From Octopus sinensis (taxonomy: Eukaryota): DNA of 64,000 nucleotides. The DNA lies in the NCBI RefSeq assembly GCF_006345805.1, contig NC_043022.1, forward strand, positions 23,498,001 to 23,562,000. Reading direction: 5' to 3'. The number at the start of each line of letters is the position of its first letter. The stretch's first letter is position 1. The notes below the pieces were generated by a model that saw nothing but the letters and a program-made list of their open reading frames with translations, searched no databases and had not been told where the DNA came from. The position numbers and the translations under genes are program-made. Below, one piece after another: positions 52,316 through 63,862 of this stretch.

Positions 52316-52388
52316 CTGTCAGTTATCGTCCAAAAACTGATTACAATTTCACGCCTTTAACGATACTATTGTTCATTTCCGGTGGCGT
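52316..52388 (-). ncRNA. Permuted K-turn hammerhead-like motif, divergent family 2 (partly decayed)
   Basis: ACGCC-ACCGGAAAU-GA-ACAAU-A-GUAUCGU-UAAA-GGCGU-GAAA-UUGU-AAU-CA-GUUUUUGG-ACGAUAA-CUGACAG; same 73-nt spacing as 8172-8244 with compensatory stems. Confidence 0.62.
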
Positions 52389-52501
52389 CAACAGTGAAAA
52401 AGTGGTGAGAATAGTGAGTGATCAGTGAGGACAGTGACGAAAACAAACGACACAGATAGTGGTACGAATATAAATATACAAAGGGTATAAAATATACCAT
52501 A

Positions 52502-52885
52502 GGTGCAGGCGTGACCGTGTGGTAAGAAGCTTGCTTCCCAACCATATGATTCCGGGTTCAGTCCCACTGCGTGGCACCTTGAGCAAGTGTTTTCTGTTAT
52601 AGCCTTGGGCCGACCAAAACCTTGTGAGTGGATTTGGTAGGCAGCAACTGAAAGAAGCCTGTCGTGTGTGTGTGTGTATCTGCCTTTGTCCCTGCGCCTC
52701 TACCGCTTGGCAACCGTTGTTGGTGCGTTTATGTCTCCGTAAGTTAGCGGTTCGGCCTAAGACATCGATAGATTAAGTACCAGGTTCGAAACAATAATCT
52801 TGGAGTCGATATATATGACTATAAATTCTTCAAGGCGGTGCCCCAGCATGACCGCAGTCAAATGATTGAAACAAGTAAAAGATGA
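52502..52885 (+). mobile_element. CORE-type tRNA SINE, full length
   Basis: Homolog of 5969. Confidence 0.85.
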
Positions 52886-53052
52886 AAAATAACATGCAAA
52901 CAAAATAAAGACTGTACAGCTCAGAAACAAGGATAGGACTGGATGTGTGTATGAGTAACTCAAGGAAAATTACCTAAAAGATTGGAAACGGAAAGCAGAG
53001 ATGGAAAGATAGAACGGATAAATAAATAAATATATATATATATATATATAGG

Positions 53053-53125
53053 GGCTGGCCAGGTTGGAGCAATCTCAAGATTAATCAGCCAAAATTGCGA
53101 GGATGATCCGGTTCTTGACTGAAGA
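53053..53125 (+). ncRNA. Permuted K-turn hammerhead-like motif, family 1 copy 2 (G12A)
   Basis: GGCUG-GCCAGGUUG-GA-GCAAU-C-UCAAGA-UUAAU-CAGCC-AAAA-UUGC-GAG-GA-UGAUCCGGU-UCUUGA-CUGAAGA. Confidence 0.65.
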
Positions 53126-53243
53126 TAAAAGGCTTCGAATGACCCGTCCATGTTTTTTTTTTTTTGCATCGTCTATCTGGATGTTTTGTTGTCCCTTTTT
53201 GTATCACCTAGTTGTCCAGATGTTTTGCGTTCTTGTCCCATTT

Positions 53244-53314
<71 letters not shown>

Positions 53315-53411
53315 AAATGGCAAGACAACAAAAGAATAAAAGGGACTCGATATTATGTAAATAGAGGAATTTATCTGTAAATATAATATGTGACAATTAT
53401 TCGGTAGTCAT

Positions 53412-53472
53412 GATAAAACTCCGAGTTTCGGATGTCGGGGCGGAAACCTACGCCGGCATCTCTTCAGTTATC
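53412..53472 (-). ncRNA. Type I hammerhead motif
   Basis: GAUAA-CUGAAGA-GAUGCCGG...CCGACAUC-C-GAAA-CUC-G-GAG-UU-UUAUC. Confidence 0.75.
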
Positions 53473-53842
53473 GGGCCATTGAAAAAATGCTATGAAAATG
53501 ACCGTTAAAACAAAGGGAAATTACTGAGTGATTGACCGTTATTAAGACAAAAGAGCTATTAGAATGACCGCTAAGTAAGGAGAGGGAGTAAAGGTAAGGA
53601 AGTAAAAATGTTCATAGTAATCGCGTAAGCGCGCATGTCCATACATACACATGCACGCCTGCACACCCTCGTACACACACACACATGCTGCAATTTTAAC
53701 CTTAAACTGTTTGAAAAATAACCAGTATTAAGAATATCATATGAATTTCCGGTCGTGTATTGTAATTTTACCGTGCTAGTAAACGCGGATTTGCGTGTTA
53801 CACAGAGGATATGGAGAAAACATACATATGTATACATACGTA

Positions 53843-54165
53843 CAGGTGTGGATGTGTGGTAAGAAGTTTGCTTCCCTACCACGTGGTCCTGAGATCAGTT
53901 CCACTGCGTGACACCTTTGGCAAGAGCCTTTTGCTATAGCGTCGGGACGACCGTAGCTTTGTGAGTGTGGTAGACGGAAACTGAAAGAAAGCCTGTCATA
54001 TGTATGTTTATGTGTGTCTTTGTCTTCCACCGCCGCTTATCAACCCGTATTGGTATGTTTACGACCCCGTAATTTAGCGGTCGGTAAGAGACCGAAAGAC
54101 TAAGTACCAATTTTTAAAAAAATACTGGGATCAATTCATTCGACTAAAAGTTCTTCAAGGCAGTG
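53843..54165 (+). mobile_element. CORE-type SINE
   Basis: Degenerate homolog of 5969. Confidence 0.75.
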
Positions 54166-54239
54166 TAGGGTGTGTGTGTGTTTGTTTTCTACAAATACTT
54201 TGTGTGACTCTCAAACCTGCATGTAATAACATGTATATA

Positions 54240-55400
54240 TTAGGTTGTTAAGAAAGGCCTGTCGCATTTCAAAATGAGAAAGAAACAAATATTTCTTTAG
54301 TTTTAATTCATGTATTTAATCAAGATATTTCCCCTTATTCTTGACAACATAATCCCATCTATTTAGCAAATTGTTGATCTCTCGACCGTGAAAGGCTTCG
54401 GGTTTTGAAGCAAAGAAACATCTAATATCATTTTTAACCTCTCCACAACTAATAAATTGTTTTCTCGATCAATCTGGCACTCCATCAGTTACAATGACAA
54501 GTGTTCGAGTTGATCCGATCAACGGATCAGCTTGATTGTTAAATGAATATGCAAGTGGCTGAGTACGCCAACAGACACGCATACCCTTAACGTAGTTTTC
54601 AGGGAGATTCGGCGAGACACAGAATGTGACGAGGCTGACCCTTTGACATATACAACTCAGTTTTTGTGTGAGCTGTGTGGACTGGAGCAACGTGAAATAA
54701 AGTATCTTGCTCAAGGAAACAACGCGGCTCCGGGAATCTAAATCACGATTTTACAATCGTGAACTGAATACCCTAAACCACTAAGCTGCTGTTGTTTGAA
54801 AAGATGATCGTCAGATGGAAGGTCGGGAGAGTGAGGCAAAATTTTATATTTAATGCTATAATTTTTTCCTGGGTGGCTCGGGCAAAATGTGGTCATGCAT
54901 TGTCGTGTAAAAACAACACCTTTTAACAATTATCCGATGATGGGCTCTTTTTCTGCAGACTTTTGTGCAATGTTTCCAAGTGCAGCAATACTTTTTCGCA
55001 TTAACTGCTTCGTTTTGGTTTAACACTTCATGATAGGCGACACCTTTCATATCCCATCAAACACAGAGCATAACGTTTTTCGGATATAGCCCTGGTTTGG
55101 GAATGGATTCTCTTTTTGCATTGGAAGCTAAGAATTGTCGTTTTCATTGGATACGATTATAGAGAACCCACTTTTCATCACTTGGGATGATTCTACTCTG
55201 GAAATGCGCAGTAGCAAGTCTACTCTTTAATGACGAGCGGATCGCAACTTTGATTAAAATGTTTAACAGTCAGACGACGAGGGGCCCATTGACCAAGTTT
55301 AGACCCTTTTCCTTAGTTCATGGTGTTTTATGACCAAAATGTGACATAAATTGAACTGTTTTACTAATTCTCGTGCAGTTTGCATTGGATTTTCCTTAAT
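54240..55400 (-). mobile_element. mariner (Mos1/Hsmar-like) transposase remnant interrupted by a SINE (~54470-54790)
   Basis: Minus strand gives SDEKW, WDMKGVAYHEVL, HSPDLPSDDHLF (compare YSPDLAPSDYHLF); TIR-like TTAGGTTG at 54240. Confidence 0.8.
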
Positions 55401-55429
55401 TACCGTTGTCTGCTTTCCGGCTTACTAGT

Positions 55430-55850
55430 ATTTTGGTCTTGCTTTCACACCTCAAATTTCTTCTCTAGTTCTGCAATAGATTCAGCTATAGGAACAAGGT
55501 CATCAACATAGAGGAGTTCCCATGGGCAGCCAGTTTTAAGTTCCTCTGTTATGACCTGAAGGATTGTGATAAATAAGTGAGGGCTAAAAACTACGCCTCG
55601 GTGAACTCCTTTCTGCACTCTTAATTCGTTTCTATACTCTTTGCTAACTTCACCTTACTGACAGCATCTCTGTACATGGCTTGGACGGTTCTCATCTCCC
55701 CTTAACTATCGCTGCAACCACCAGATGAGAGAGGGACCCTGTCAAACAGAGGCTTTCTCTATGTTGATAAATGCCAAGTACAGCGGTTTATTTTTGGCGA
55801 AATGCTGCTCCTGTAATTACCTTATTGAGAAACTGCATCTCATCTAGGTT
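55430..55850 (-). mobile_element. RTE-like reverse transcriptase fragment
   Basis: LYLAFINIEKA, GVHRGVVFSPHLF, CPWELLYVDDLV. Confidence 0.8.
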
Positions 55851-56370
55851 TTACCTACTATGTGGTACCTCTATCATCTAGATGGATTGTAACTCATCAA
55901 CATAGTACCCTGCACACCCAGGTGGATTGTACCTCATCACACGATGCCTCTACCTCGGTGTGTCGTATGAACCATATTGTATCTCAGTGCACCTAGGCAG
56001 ATTGTGCCTCATCACATTGTACTCCAATATGCCAGAGTGGCTTGTACCTTAAGATATAGTATCTCTATGGAGAGTAGTGGTATATCTCACTAGGTGGTAC
56101 CTCTTTACCCCGAGATGGATTATTTATCCCAACATGATACCTTTATACACATTGTATATTTTTATAGTCAAATAAACTGTACTTATTCATGGGTCTTAAG
56201 AACAACTAAGTGAATTCTACTTTCTCATAGTACCTATTTATAGTTTGCTAGGATATATCGAACCACAATATACCGAATTTACATAAACTGCATCTTATCC
56301 CATTGTCGTACTATTTGGCAGTTGAATCGTATCGCACCACATAGCACATACTTACAGCTAAGTAAATAGA

Positions 56371-56655
56371 AGGCGCGTAGCCTAGTGGTTATGGGGTTGC
56401 ACTCACTACTGTGAGATCGTGTGTTCAATTCCTGGGCGGTGCGCTGTGTTCTTGAACAAAAAACTTCAATTAACATTGCTTTGTGATCACTTCAACATGT
56501 GATGTGTGACACACCGTGCACCTGTTCAGGCAATGTCGATTTGATTGTAGAGGACAGTTTATGTGCAGCACAAACATTTGATCATTATAAACAAATCATC
56601 AGTGACAGTTGTTCAACAAATTACAGAACCGTCTTTCTCGGACCAAGAGACTATG
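56371..56655 (+). mobile_element. tRNA-derived SINE
   Basis: Homolog of 23699 and 25159. Confidence 0.75.
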
Positions 56656-57180
56656 TTTAATTAATTAAAATGAGGATAGTGAATGTAGTATGAACGAATT
56701 GTTAAGAATATTTGCTTCGCAGTCACAAGCTTCCAAGTTCGAGTTCGATCTCACTGTATGGCTTTTGGGCAACGGTCTTCTGTAATAGAATCGGTCGAAC
56801 CAAGTATTATGAATTGACGGAAATTGCACGGAAGCACGTTGGATGGATTTGACCCATAATCCAAAGATTCAGCCTTGTTACACACTGTTTCACATTGATT
56901 GTTCCTAAGAATTACAATGCCGTTCCATATTTAACTAAGCCATTGAAAACTTTACTGCCCATTACACATATTTACAGCTTAGTAAACTGTAACTGGTTGT
57001 AATATTTATTTTCAGCTAAGAGGGCTGTATCAACCACAAGGAATCTATTTACTCCTAGATAGACTATACCTATATAAAGTGGGTTGTATTTACCTCCACA
57101 TGGTACATATTTACAGCTAGGTGGCTTATATCTCCACACACAACATATATGATATATACTTCTATATATACTGTACCTCT

Positions 57181-57597
57181 CAGTGCCGGATTAAGACCTA
57201 CAGACGCCATAAGCACTTAAAAGATTTGGATGCCTCCATGTATATGTATTTCAAAATATAAACAATAAAAAATAAACCATAAAAAAACTTTTTATTTTTC
57301 AAAGTAAAACAAAACTAAGATGGAAAATGATGTTTTTTTTTTTTGCGTACCTCCATTTTATATTTCTAAAGTTTTCTTCTACTTCTTTTTTAAATAGCAA
57401 AATTTTTTATCAGATTCTCACTATGACACCATAAACACTTCGAAATAATATTTCGATCATATAAACCACTTCGAATATTATTTTAGCAAGTTTAATGTGA
57501 TTTCTTTTGTGCCGTAAACTATTTCACATTTCTGTGGTGCCTCCTCCCTTAATGCCCTAAGCACGTGCTTATTTACTTAATGGTTAATCCAACACTG
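57181..57597. mobile_element. hAT-like MITE (a second small MITE follows at ~57604-57749)
   Basis: CAGTGCCGGATTAA ... TTAATCCAACACTG terminal inverted repeats. Confidence 0.7.
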
Positions 57598-58216
57598 GTA
57601 CTCCAGGGGCGAACCCGGGGGCTGAGAGGCACGTGACCCCTAAAAAAAGTGTGCTCTTCTAAATAATGTTATTACGCCCCTTTCTCCTGGAATTGTATTC
57701 CCTTATAACCTTGTGGCCTCTCTTCGAAAAATTCCTGGGACCGCGCCTGTACTCAATAGAGTAAGTGATATTTACCTCCAGGTATTGCCCATTTACAGTT
57801 AAATGGTTTGCATCTATCCGCAAGACGCTTATTTATTTCTAGATGAACTGTGTCTACAAGGGGATAGATGATATTTACCTCCACATGTTGCTTATTTACT
57901 ACTAGATGCCCTGTATATATACGCATGACATATATTTACAGTAAACTGCGTGATTGTACAGTCCTGAAGGCCTTATAGAACTTTAGGTCACCAGATCATT
58001 TTAAGAGATATAAACCGATGGACTGTGAGAACAGTGATGCAGTTAGCATGCGAACCAATGACCTATCGAAAATTAGATAAACACCGCACAAACTGGATTC
58101 TATGTTAGTATTTATCAAAGTAGAAAATTTTAACACTTCAATCAACAAAAATAACTCACAGAAGAATTCTTTAACACTTGTTGCTTTAGTTCGATGTTTT
58201 TTTTTTTATTTTACAG

Positions 58217-58253
58217 GATTTTGGTTTGACTGAAGAAAGAAAAGTACACATCG
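58217..58253 (+). CDS. Candidate 37-nt host micro-exon (DFGLTEERKVHI)
   Basis: Long poly-T tract then TTACAG| acceptor and G|GTATGT donor; only phase 0 is stop-free. Confidence 0.45.
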
Positions 58254-58276
58254 GTATGTATTGTCGGTTATTTTTA

Positions 58277-58825
58277 CTAGCAAATCTACCCATTTACGAA
58301 GAAGGCATAACATGAGGGAGGGAAGTCACAATAGCAGTATGTATTGAGAAATGTGTAAATGGACTTGATAGATTACTGGGTGATGTCTAAGAGAAATCAC
58401 ATTATTGTTGGTGATACAACATTCTATTGTAGCTATATGACGTGTTTGCGACTAAGTGACATGTGATGACGATTCGCTCCTGAACTGAAATAGGCTCCCA
58501 GGCTCTGTATCATGAATGGTTATGTGGACCACTCCTAACGAAAGCCAGAGCTTCCTCCAACCACTACATAAAAAATATTAAGAAAAAAACGTTATTTAGA
58601 TATACTTTTATTTTAGTTATTTACACATTTTTACGCTTGTTTATATTCTTATACATTCAAAGTTCACAAGTTTCCTTATTTAAATTTAGTCATATTCTTT
58701 CGATAATATCAATATTCTTACAAAACTTCTTTGTAGACGATATTTTCTATTTGGTCGATACTAATTCTCAAATTACTCGAGTCCGTTGCTCTACTCATAG
58801 CGATGTATAAAGCTTGTGCATGATC
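58277..58825 (-). mobile_element. Helitron 3' remnant (PIF1-like helicase C-terminus)
   Basis: LYIAMSRAT...NIVYKEVL* matches the Helitron RepHel end (QLYVALSR...NIVYKEVL); CTAG|T terminus at 58277 with a decayed hairpin. Confidence 0.75.
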
Positions 58826-58829
58826 TGGA

Positions 58830-61800
58830 TAGACTTTAAAAAGACTCCTTTTAAAGTTTATCCAGATCATGCACAAGCTTTTTGATATTATTTGCAGTTC
58901 TTCATTACGACCTTGTCTATCACAAGGTAGTCTTTGGTGCCCTTGGATCCTTTCCAGCATCCATTTTGTTCTACTGGAAATAGATTGTTTTCCACAAGGA
59001 ACGTATATCTTTTCCTTGCAAGTATGCCTGTTAATACTTTCCACAAGTGTTTAAGACAAGCAATGGGTCAGTAATTTCTAACCTTACTGCCCTTTGACCA
59101 ATCTTTCATCAACACGTCTTTCCCTCGACCATACATTCCAGAACGGCATCATTTTGTCGGCAATTGCACTGGTCCACTTAGACCAGAGTAAAGCATTCGA
59201 TAGGGTGAACCATCGTTACCTGGTGTCTGTGCTCGCACAGTTCGGGCTGGGTGCTGGCTTCCTCGGGTGGATCACACAGTTGTACGACAACATCGACTCG
59301 ATCGTTCGGGTGAATGGTCTGCTTTCTAGGCCATTCCACATCAAACAGTCAGTTCGTCAAGGGTGTCCGCTCTCCCCGCTTTTATACGTGATGGCTCTCG
59401 AGCCATTACTGCGAAAGCTGAGCGTCATCCCGACGAACCCAGGAGGTGAAGGTTCTGTTACTGCGTATGCGGACGACATCACCATCATCGTGACCGAGGT
59501 AGAACTCCTACAGAATGTAGGAAACACCATTAAGGAGTACGAGACGGTGACAGGAGCAAAAATCAACCGGGAAAAGTCAGTCGGCTTGCAACTCGGCACC
59601 TGGGTTGGCAAGCCGATGCCTTCGAACAGCATCGTGGGATGCTGGACGGAGGGCCCGGTTAAATTGCTAGGGGTCTGGTTTGGTCCAGGCCTCCAGATAG
59701 AAAAGAACTGGTCCGAGGTCACGAGCAAGGTGGCTCACGCGGTCAAGACTTGGTCTTGGCGGTGGCTATCCTTGAAAGGAAGGGCGGAGGTGGCCAATGT
59801 CTTCATGGCATCGGTCATCATATACCGCCTAACCGTCGTCCCCTGTCCGGATTCGTGTGTGAACAAGTTGGATAGGCAAATCTTTCGCTTTTTGTGGAAG
59901 GGTTCTACTCCTCTTGTGAGACGTTCTATCTGTTGTCAAAAACCGTTAAAGGGTGGGTTAGGGATGCTTTGGCTGTTGATGCGCAGACATGCGCTGAGGT
60001 GAAGACATCTTTGGCTCTACCTGGAAGGTCCCCGCTCGCAAAACAGACGTTCCCCAGCTTTGCCAGTTTTGGTGGTAGAGAAACCTGGTTTCGTCGCAGA
60101 CTAAGATCAAGTATGTGGTATTAGGAGTGCCGGAAGGCTCTCGTACGCTTCCGCAGCTCGGGCAATGCCGGTGGCTTTAGTACAACCGCAGCGTTCTATA
60201 GCAGGTTGGTAGAGGCCGGAAATGACGATACCCTGGGAAGGACCCTGGGTCTCGATGGTAATCAGTTGGACAGCCTGTTCCAAAGGACATTCAGACCAGG
60301 GACGCTGGATAACTTTCAGAAGTCCCTGGCCTGGCAGTGTTACAGAGGAGCCTTACCCGTTCGAGATAAACTCACAAGGCATGGTCACAGTGGACCTTCG
60401 GCCTGTCCAAGATGCGGACAGGATGTGGAAACAGTCCTGCATGCCATTGTTCAATGTCCGGAGATTTCGGAAGTGTGGGTTTATGCCGAACACCTGTTGT
60501 CGGACGAGGGAAGAGTACAGCTGTCGTCTGAGTCAATCTTTAAAATTGACCCGCCTGGTTTCATGACGAACGAAGGTAAACATTGCTTTCTCGTGATAGT
60601 AACAGTTGCGAAAGAGGTTATATGGAAGACCAGAGTGAAAGGTGTAAAGTCAGACACCATGACCTCTGGCACCGCCCTAACGAACTTCTTCAGATTCCAT
60701 CTGAAGAGGAAGGTGGAGCTAGAGAAAAGGTGTCTGACAAAGTCTATATTCAAAAAAAGATGGATGCATGTAGCACGGATGCTGGGTGTGAAAGGCCCAG
60801 CATGAACACGCCATGATCACCTACTAAAAGGTTTCAGCTGAAATGACAGGGCTCGTGGGGTCGGCTACCCTGTTCTTTTAACTTCATTTGTCTCTTTTTG
60901 TTTGTTTGTTCTTATTCGATTTCATTTTCATTATAACTCCATTGTAAATAACCCATCCGATTTCACTGTAAATAATCCATCCGATTTCATTGTAAAAAGT
61001 TCCATTTTTGACCCCAAATCATTGTATTGTCCCCATCTGTGTTAATCCTTATGGATAATAAAGAAATAAATCGTCTAATTGCAAACTAATTCGTTCGTGT
61101 GTTGACTTAAACCACTTGAGTCAATAGCCTTTGATTCCATCTGGCCCTGTCATTTTCCAGTTTGGCAGTTTCGATACCTGTGCAGTTACATCGTCCATTG
61201 TTATGGATACATAATCCTGCCTTGGCGCCTCAGGGTGCTGGAGTTCGGATCTCACAGAATGATTCCACCCAGCACTGTAGTTGTGGGAAGCCTCTTACCC
61301 CCAGATGTTATTCCAAAATTGGTGGGTTCTCTCAGCTTCAGGAGGTGTGTTATCTTTTATGTCTCTACCCAATTTCTTAAAAAACTGCTTCTGGTCATCT
61401 GTGAATAATCTGTTTTGTTGGAACTGCGATATGCGCATGTGTAGCGTTGCACCTTCAATGCTTTTGTTTGAATACGTTGTTTAAAGTTTCGATAACAGAG
61501 TTTTGAATCCTTTTATTTTCTATATATTCGTTTCAAAATTTGCCTTCACATCTTCTATAGCATGTTTCAGTTGCACTTTAGACCATTCTTATAAGCGAAT
61601 CAGATTTTTACTCAAGGTTTTGACATTACCTGTAATCCTTCGCTCCCACCATGGCTCTTGCCAGCCCAATTTCCCTCTTTCTTTCCAAGCAGTTCACTAA
61701 CTAAAATTGAAGCGAATCTAATCAAGTCCCTTGTTTACGACAGAGCTTTCGTTGGAATATATTTCAGGATTCCATCAACCTCTTGGGTCACTTGTTTCAA

Positions 61801-62160
61801 GCTGTCACAGTCAAAGCATTTCATCTGACCAGTTCGGTCTCTCTTCTCCCGTAATGATTACTTCTTCGAGTCTTATCATTAGGCCTCTCTGTTCCTCAGT
61901 CATATCCTCTAATATTACAGGGTCCTCTATTTTATACGCATTTCCTTTCCATTCTTCCATGCAAGGTCCTCTATTATACCTTTTCCTTACCTATCCATCT
62001 GCTTACCTTCACCTACATTATCCTGCTCGTAGTTATCATCACTACAGATGCTTTTTTTTTTTTTTACTGTTTGAATCTGGGTTTCTTTAAGAAACCGTCT
62101 ATTCTGAATCGTTCTTATCTTATTCATGAACCCATTTTCAGTAATCTGAAACATAACAAG
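58830..62160 (-). mobile_element. R4/Dong-like LINE remnant split by a Tx1 insertion
   Basis: Minus-strand motifs DDQKQFFKKL, GPDGIKGY*LK, HERISLQL, LCMIWINFKR on both sides of 59169-61076. Confidence 0.65.
59169..61076 (+). mobile_element. Tx1/L1-clade LINE, 5'-truncated (RT + zf-RVT), with a few stops/indels
   Basis: LDQSKAFDRVNH, VRQGCPLSPLLY, AYADD, GGLG, CPRC...H...C; AATAAA at the 3' end; possible TSD aattgca. Confidence 0.9.
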
Positions 62161-62513
62161 CTAGTTCCAAAGTTCTAGTACTCTTTTCCAAACAGCTTTG
62201 CATTTATCATTGCTCTTGTCTTGCAAGGCTTGTTCATAACACTTAATTGCCTTTTGTTTATATCGGTAGATCACTTGAGTTTGTTAGCACGTTGTGTATT
62301 TTGACCAGTAAAGGAACCACGCTAGGTGAGCAATCTTCCACCCCATTACTATTGGAGGGGCTCCTGCCGAACGCGGCTACTCCAGTGTGTTGGTCACCCT
62401 GGGGAGTCTTCCCGTTAATGCCGTTATCTGGATCATTGTTAGTTACTATCATTGCAAAGAATGAGAGTGATTATTTTTCTTGTTTTCCTATTTTTATATT
62501 ATTATTATTATTA

Positions 62514-63175
62514 AGGTGATGAACTGGCAGAATCGTTAGCACACTGGACAAATGCTTGGCGATATTTCGCCCGTCGCTACGTTCTGAGTTTAAATTCCGC
62601 CGAGGTCGACTTTGCCTTTCATCCTTTCGGAATCGATAAATTAAGTACCAGTGGAACACTGGGATCGATGTATTCGGCTAGTCCCCTCCCTCCAAATTTC
62701 AGGCCTTATGCCTTTAATAGAAAAGATTACTATCATTATTAAGGTAGCGAGCTGACAGAATCGGCAGCACGCCGGATAAAATGCTTAGCGGCATTTTGTC
62801 CGTCTTTACATTCTAGGTTCAAATTCTGTCGAGATCAACTTTACCTTGTATCCTTTAGAGATCGATAAAATAAGTACCAGTTCATCACTAGGGTCGATGT
62901 AATCAACTTATCCCCGACCCCGAAATTGCTAGCCTTGTGCCAAAATTTGAAACCATTATCATTATTAAAGCGGCAAACTGGCAGAATCGTTAGTAAGCCG
63001 GACAAAATACTTAGCTACATTTCGTCCGTCTTTATGTTCTGAGATCAAATTCCGCCGATGTGGACTTTGCTCTTCATCCTTTCACGGTTAATAAATTAAG
63101 TACCAGTTGAGCACTGGGGTTGATGTAATCGACTTGCTCCTTTCCCCAAATTTCCCTAAAGTAGAAAGGATTATC
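62514..63175 (+). mobile_element. Three head-to-tail MetaSINE-like SINEs
   Basis: Heads at ~62514, ~62742 and ~62969, each preceded by (TAT)nAA. Confidence 0.85.
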
Positions 63176-63777
63176 ATTGTTGTGGTGTTGGCGTTCCATT
63201 CATCCACTCATCATTTCATCATTATTATGCCGATATACGAATGCTAATTATCAAGCTGCGTTCCGCAACCTTAGGTATCTAACACCTTTATTATGATCAT
63301 TGCTTTGTCAAGTAAATAAACTCTTTTGTAGGATCAGGAAATTCATCTCGACATCAGCGTCTTCAACCAACCAATCAAACTTGCGACTGTTCTTAAGTTT
63401 CGTAACCTTGCAATGCCAGACAGTAATGAGAACTTTAAAAAATTTTAAAAACTCGGACACTCGTCAAAATACTTGTATTTTTAAAAATATAATTACAAAG
63501 ATAAGACTAGGTCAGACCTCCCCCGACGAAAGACAATATCCTTTTATATGATTACTGTAATAAGTTCTCATTCATTACGAGTCAATTCTGTTCAAACCAC
63601 GTTTAAACATGGACTGGTTCACGTTAGTGCAAGGAAAAGACAATTCGTGTCTGTTTTCAGCTGTTCTTAACCACCTTTACTTTCTTTCCATTATCACAAG
63701 ACCTTTTGTAACCATAGATGAGTTTTGGCTAACTCGTGTAGATCTTCGTTGTATATGTCTTGAAAGACCATTTTTCG

Positions 63778-63862
63778 GGCGAATGTAAAGAATACGCACA
63801 CCCGGTGTTTAAGGCTAGGGTTACACCGAAAACGGGTGGTGTGCGTATTCTCTACCTTCGCC
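63778..63862. repeat. Imperfect inverted repeat (fold-back)
   Basis: GGCGAATGTAAAGAATACGCACACC ... GGTGTGCGTATTCTCTACCTTCGCC. Confidence 0.75.

Noticed and set aside
52335-52397. Ordinary type I hammerhead reading (CUGUUGA-CGCC...GGCGU-GAAA-UUGUAA-UC)
   Set aside because: Stem I does not pair in this register; the permuted model explains more pairings and matches family 1 spacing exactly.
55850-57960. CRISPR-like repeat-spacer array
   Set aside because: Degenerate ~40-50-bp minisatellite units without unique spacers, in eukaryotic context with no cas genes.
58217-58253. Kinase assignment from the DFG tripeptide
   Set aside because: Three residues are insufficient, and no other kinase motifs are visible in the window.
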